Assembly (NCBI RefSeq): GCF_009914755.1 | Contig: NC_060934.1 | DNA: 64,000 nt | Direction: 5' to 3' (one strand) | From: the human T2T-CHM13v2.0 reference genome, Homo sapiens | Part shown: piece after piece, positions 58,401 through 64,000 of the stretch | Layout: every line of letters starts with the position of its first letter | Position numbering within the stretch: the first letter of the stretch is position 1 | Program-made: the position numbers and the translations under genes | Notes under the pieces: model-generated | The model's database searches: none | Seen by the model: only the letters and a program-made list of their open reading frames with translations | What the model was told of the DNA's origin: nothing

Positions 58401-60461
58401 GGTTCACGAAGGAAAGAAGAGCGTGGATTGACGTGAATATACTAAGGTGACCCCAATGCAAAATCATTATGTAAAAAAGGCCTAGCTTTCAGGAAAGTTG
58501 TCAAAATCCTAGCAAAACGTTCTCCCCACAAACACATTTGACTTCTGTTGGAAACCAAGAAATGTTTATAAGCCTGAATATAGACTGTTGACATCATTTT
58601 AGTCTGCTGAGTAGGCTAGTGATTAATTATAAGTAGTTTTTAAACAATCCAATTGGACATACATTGTATTCACAATACTTTTATAGAACTAATTCTACAA
58701 AATGTGACGACAGAGTAACCACAGTCCGACAAATCACTGCAGGACAATGCCTACGAGGTGGAAGCACGACTATATTGGCTCTGCAGGGAGTGGACAGAGG
58801 TGGAAGCTCATTTTGCCTACGCTGGTAATTGGAGTACTTAGTGGACATATGTCTTCATGATGATCTCATTGCTTTGCTCTGATCTGATTTGCACTACCAT
58901 AACTAGGTACCACAGGTCATGGCCCAAAGAGTTAATGGACTAGATATCATGAAACTTCGGGGAGATACTTTGGTTAGCTTGGTTCCATTAAGTGTCCACA
59001 GTTTACATTTTTTAAGAAAATAGAAATCACTATTACATCCATGCTTCTCCAGAGACCTTGATGATCATATCAAAGATTGATAATTTTAAAGTTGAAAGAC
59101 TTGCTAAGTTGATTGGAACAAAACAGTTGCCGGGAGACTGTACACCGAGCATGCAAGCGATAGCAGAGCTCTGAGACATCGTAATTGCATCTGATGGCTA
59201 GAAAAATCTTTTGACCGCAGTTTAAAGTGGCTAATTTATTTGATTTCACTGCTGGTAATTTTCAAAGGCCTTTTCTAACAGTCTATATGAAGTGCATTCG
59301 TTGCTTTCCTTTTGTTATTATTATTTTTAAATTGTTGTAACAAGTTCATGTGTTTGGCCCCAGCAACTAAATAAAGGAGAGCATGCAAATTAAAATCTGT
59401 CTCCATGATTGTAGAAATTTCCTGGTTTTTAAACAAAAACTCAGTGAGAAGAATGACTGCCCTCTCACATCCTATGGTAAAGTAAAACTACTAATCAGTT
59501 TTACAAACTTCCAGGCTAAAAGCTCTGAGACTTGGGGAGTGGGGAGAAAGTCCACCAGACCCTCCCGAAGTTGACATTACTCGCTCAGGTGGTTTGGAAA
59601 TATAAAATGAGAAGCATAACAGCACGTAGGAGTCTCCACCACTAGAACAGCAAACAGAGCAATGCCTTGTGTGCATCTGGTCCTCAGCTTCCACATCCCA
59701 GGTGTGCCCACAACCCTCCTGGTGTCCTTAGTTGGCCAGACAAACCTGATCTGCCAATTGTAGAAAAGCAGCAGAAGGTCTTCCCTTTAAAAATATGAAC
59801 AAAGGGGTGAGAACTACAGAATGAAAACTAGAACTACAAAAATATGACTTTCAACTGTGAAAATAAATAAGTTTCCATTTATTAAGAGCTGGTGTCAATG
59901 CAGATCAAAATACACACCCATCCAGGCGAGGAGCAGGTATTCACCTGTCCCCTTAGTCTTCTTTTCTGGATTTACTAAAATACATGTATACATCATTGGC
60001 CATTTTAAAATTGTTTTAATAATTCATTTCCCTTAATTACAATTAATTGTGGTGGTGACCATCATTCTCCTCAAAGAAAAAGAGAGAAAGAAGAGAAAAA
60101 CACATTAAGGAGTCTGACCACTTATTCATTTAGATTTTGCATTGTTTAGATATAGGGAAGATATTTGACAATGAAAAGAAAAAATATATTTTCTTTCTAA
60201 TAAATAAAAATAATTTAAAATGCTAGAGGCTATACATGACTATTTTAGTATGTTCATTTATAAATGAAATCATTTTCTTTTCCAAAATACATGGAAGCAA
60301 TATTCAAGGCAGACAAAGAGAAAGATCTGTCTACTTTATTTTCTGGCAATTCTTGCTTATCCTAACGTTTCCACCAGTGATTCAGCATGTAAGAAGAAAA
60401 GTCACATCACCATTTATGAAGTTTGTCAGGCTTTAAAAAAATAGTTCTGGTCTCCTGGGAG
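52329..60461 (-). other. KCNMA1: KCNMA1 long 3'UTR of the distal terminal exon (about 8.1 kb; distal end inferred)
   Basis: Continuous from the DEC stop codon to a well-formed cleavage region at about 52329. The region lacks young Alu/L1 insertions, unlike 1-50 kb. The length agrees with my recollection of an approximately 8-kb KCNMA1 terminal exon. Confidence 0.65.
59878..59883 (-). terminator. KCNMA1: Candidate proximal poly(A) signal of KCNMA1
   Basis: AATAAA on the minus strand about 580 nt after the DEC stop, with U/GU-rich downstream sequence (TCATATTTTTGTAGTTCTAGTTTT). Confidence 0.5.
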
Positions 60462-60616
60462 TCAACATTCATCTTCAACTTCTCTGATTGGTGGAATCAA
60501 GCTGCTTGTGGATTTATATTGGTTGATCTGGTTAGCCATGTGGGTACTCATGGGCTTGATTTGAATGTTTCTGGGATAGGCATTATCCGGTTCATCTGTA
60601 AACCATTTCTTTTCTG
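60462..60616 (-). CDS. KCNMA1: KCNMA1 (BK/Slo1 alpha) terminal exon, DEC-type C-terminus frame
   Basis: Reverse complement translates to (A)EKKWFTDEPDNAYPRNIQIKPMSTHMANQINQYKSTSSLIPPIREVEDEC*, with TGA at 60464-60462: the known Slo1 VEDEC tail. It is missed by the ORF track. Confidence 0.96.
60592..60616 (-). CDS. KCNMA1: KCNMA1 terminal exon, VYR-type C-terminus frame
   Basis: C|AGA AAA GAA ATG GTT TAC AGA TGA = RKEMVYR*, the known Slo1 EMVYR tail (the end of ORF-track entry 60592-60852). Confidence 0.94.
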
Positions 60617-60670
60617 CTAAAGGGCAAAATGGATAGAGAACAAGAAGGAGAAATGAGAAGTTTAATTAGT
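60614..60670 (-). other. KCNMA1: 3' splice site of the KCNMA1 terminal exon: polypyrimidine tract plus NAGNAG tandem acceptor
   Basis: Minus strand: CTAATTAAACTTCTCATTTCTCCTTCTTGTTCTCTATCCATTTTGCCCTTTAG|CAG|AAAAG. Confidence 0.9.
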
Positions 60671-63600
60671 CCTAGGGTAAAGCCTTTGGAAAGTTCATTG
60701 AAAAACGCAAAAAGGTAATCGATAGAAGCCGACAGTGAGTAATTGCTAAGAGAGACAGTGCAGTGTAGGGAGGACCCCAGAACCTGAAATATACCTCTGC
60801 TTCCTGTAGCAAGTGATGAACAAAATGTGCCACTGGGACTCATAGGCACCATGGGCGGACCTCAGAGGCTAAGGAGGGATTGGAGAATGGACTCTGGCAA
60901 TGTCCCTTGGAGTTAATTTCATGGCCAGAAAAGGTTTGGTGGGGAGGGGATGTTGCATATATCAGCCATTGGGTACAGACATTGTGCCTGAGGAGAGATG
61001 TGTGCATCCATTGATTTGAGTGGAACGGAAGGGCACCATCACCCTTGCTGCAGAGCGAGTGATCCAGAATCTTACACAGAATCACCACCTCCCAGCCTTT
61101 TCTTGGCTTTGCTTATAATACACACACTTAAAGCCATGTCTCAACTATACCACTCTCCTGTTTCATTTGTAGCCACTTTGGGGGGTCTAAACTAAACCCA
61201 TAGATTTTGCTGGCCAAAAATCTATGAAAATCAGAATAGCGACCAATGTTTTAAAGAGGATTTTGAGGTGGCTTTTATTTCAAGAAAGAAAACTCTGTGT
61301 TGGTATAAAGTTATGAATAGAGTTCCAAGTGGCAATATCTTAACTGACTATAATAACCCAAGCTGTCGACAAGGGAGCTCAATGAAGTCTTGGCATTTCA
61401 TTTCCACCCTAAATACAGAAATGGCTGAGAGAGAATGCTGAGTCAGGGCGTTTGGGGGCTGGGGTGAGAATGAAAATGGTCTAGCATCCTCTTAGCAGTG
61501 CAAAGCTATTTTACAAGACTCAACCCTCATCCCCACCTCTTTCTAGGATTGAAATTTTCTGGGAAATTGGCCATGTGTATAGATAGGAAAGGACTGGGCA
61601 AATAGGACATTCTAACTTGGGAATCATATGCCTCACTTTAGTGGCTTAGGGAAAGAAAAGAAAAAGAAAAAGGGTAAAAGCTATCAAGCACGTCCACTGC
61701 TATAGAGACAATGGCCTCTGTAGCTGCTTTTTCTGCTTACCAGAACAATTTGTAACTGCCTTGTCAGTGGTCCTGAATGGACACATTAGTGAAAACTGCT
61801 CACCTGGTTTGATAGGGGGCGTTGGGGGTGGGGTATGTGCATGTTTGGCTAATGATTTATAAATTATCTATGATCAGTTCATGACCACTCTGCTTGTTTC
61901 TCCTCAGTTCCTACTTCTGCTATTTCAAGTGCCCTGAGCTGTCAATGTCGAGGAGGGCTGTCACTGGAGCTGGGATATGCCTGAGTCAAAGCCTCGCCCC
62001 AGTTTAATGCGGCAGCTCAGTTTACCCCACAGGAAACTTGCTGCCTCTTGCCTCGTTCTCCCCACCCCCTCTCCTGCTCTGGCTCACTCACCTATTATAA
62101 TTAAGTTCACTTTGATTTGAACAGATTGGACGATAGGAATTCATAATGCTACATCCTCACAGTGAAGCTAACTGATTAAGTGCTTTAAATTATTCCCCCT
62201 GACAGAATGATAAAGTTACAATCTGTTCTGAGATGATCTACAGCTTGCCAGACTCCTACAGCTTCTTTCTACATTCATTTATCTTTTTGTCAAGCAGAGT
62301 TTTTTTTTTTTCCCTAAGCTTCAATTCCATAGATCTTTTAAAGTCATCAGCACATCTGAATTATTAATGAGGCTTTAGAGGCAAGGTTCCTGATGGGCTG
62401 GTTAAAAAAGGTTGTATAGAAATCCGGGACTGTGTACACATCAAAATAATTTCAGCTCCATTTAAAAAACCATTTAGTTCAAGTGTGACATAGATGAACC
62501 ATTATGCATTTGTGGAAACCAATTTTTTGTGATCTACGATTAAACTAACCTTTCAGAGAGGAGTAAAGTGTGATGGTTATCATGTTTTAAAAGCTTTGCC
62601 AGGCCGCTGAAACAATTTCACACTACGACTTTTTCCAGGGGTTTATGTGTAAAGATGATTTTCAGAGAGGTTGAGCCTGGTGTTTGTGCTCAGGTTGCCT
62701 GAGCTGCCCTCGGTTTTGGCCATGCTGTTATGCAGACTGACTTTGCAAAGGGATTTAGTGCTAGGTTGGACATGCCAGGTTGGAAGAGTGAACTCAGCTG
62801 ATGGAAATGAGTAGGTCTTTTGGGTGAAAGACCTAAGACAGCTGCAATTTGCTGAAATTTTTACAACTGCTGAAGAGAATAATTGTTCGGAATTTAGTCT
62901 TTACAGTTCAATTCAAAGTTGGCATTTTGACCTTTCGCGGCAGAGAGAATATCAATTTCCTTCTGCTGTCTGTAAGAAAGAGAGCATTATTTCCTCATTT
63001 AAACTTCTCTCTTTCCTTTTACATTTCTTGCCATTAAAAAAAAAAATCTAAGCAGAGTAGCCCATGTTTTGGCCATGCTGCCTCAACACAAGGAGTGAGT
63101 TGTGTTAACACACATTGTGGTGAGGAGTTGAGGTCTTCCTTATGCCTGAGAAACAGCTGTTTAATTTGGGTGCCTCCTAAGATATAAATGTGTGTGTTTT
63201 TGGAGACTTGGTTATGTAGGATGTTCAGGAAACGGAACTGTATGAATGCTCTGGGCGTTTTACTAAAATGTCTGGTGCAAAGGTATTTTACGAACAGATT
63301 CTCCCAACATGCTTCCAAGGAACACACATTTCAATGATCGCCAGCCATTCAGCATCCATGGAGAGTGCTGCAAGTAGGACAATGATAATTTGATGTATTG
63401 AATCTTGCCTTCTGAAGAAGAAACAATGCCAATGGGTGGCTACAAAATTGACCACGAGGAAGAGGACTCAGGGAAGCAGCTCTAATGAATGCTGCCATGA
63501 CAAGGATAAATCCAAATCCCTGACTTTATCTCCACTCCCTGTTTCATCTCACATACCAGAAAGATTTCCAGGGGCTTTATTTTCATCTCTAAGATGAGAA

Positions 63601-64000
63601 GGGCAATTGATCGGGGTGGGAGGGCTTCCTCGCTGCCAGAGAAAAATAGCCTTATTTCTTAATAAGCTTCTTAAGGATGAGATGCCTGTTGTCAGTGCTC
63701 TGAGTACAATGTGTGACATGTCAGGAGTTCGTGGAGTTAGGAAAGAAGAGTCATTTCAGTCTGTGGCTGGGAGGGGGCTAGTGGGACAAGATAAACTCTG
63801 GAAAACAACTGCAGAGAGATGCTGGTAGAGCAATTGCCACTGCCATTGGCAGATGTCACCTATCAAGACCAGCTATGCTATGAGCTGTCCACCATGAAGA
63901 AGCAAGGAGATGCGGGCTAAGGAGACAGCGCAGGGCAGGAGGTGAAAGTTAAGCAGATCTAGCTCACGTACTAGTTGCATGGCTCTGAACAAGTTATTAG
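60617..64000 (-). other. KCNMA1: KCNMA1 last intron (partial)
   Basis: Upstream of the acceptor; no further KCNMA1 coding exon recognised in the window. Confidence 0.85.

Noticed and set aside
60592-60852. 86-aa minus-strand ORF as a standalone gene
   Set aside because: Only the last 25 nt are exonic (KCNMA1 RKEMVYR); the rest is intron and polypyrimidine tract.

Overview
Human (primate) genomic DNA. From the KCNMA1 exon I recognise it as the region just downstream of, and overlapping, the 3' end of KCNMA1 (BK/Slo1 channel, minus strand, 10q22.3). The only host coding sequence I can support is the KCNMA1 distal terminal exon (acceptor at 60616). It is read in two frames (...RKEMVYR* and ...REVEDEC*) and is followed by a probable 3'UTR of about 8 kb ending near 52329. 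Positions 1-50 kb are a dense pile of nested retroelements: a HERV-H/LTR7Y provirus (940-6460) inside a twin-primed L1, a pre-Ta L1HS fragment, an ATP5MC1 processed pseudogene (probably ATP5MC1P8) inside an MLT1 LTR, a full-length dead L1PA4-like element, a full-length HSMAR2, Alus, MaLR LTRs and a tailless U2 retrocopy. The most unusual structures are: (1) an L1 3' transduction bounded by a 59-bp target-site duplication; (2) a 146-bp perfectly identical tract with shared private mutations between two L1 3'UTRs 34.8 kb apart, suggesting ectopic gene conversion; (3) a duplicated LTR/PBS junction with a 35-nt insert in the HERV-H; (4) a near-perfect 64-bp x7.5 array in the HERV-H leader; (5) a miR-9 seed match present only in the long KCNMA1 3'UTR. 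I found no evidence of a novel protein-coding system. Repeat subfamily names come from recalled consensus sequences, not from a database search.
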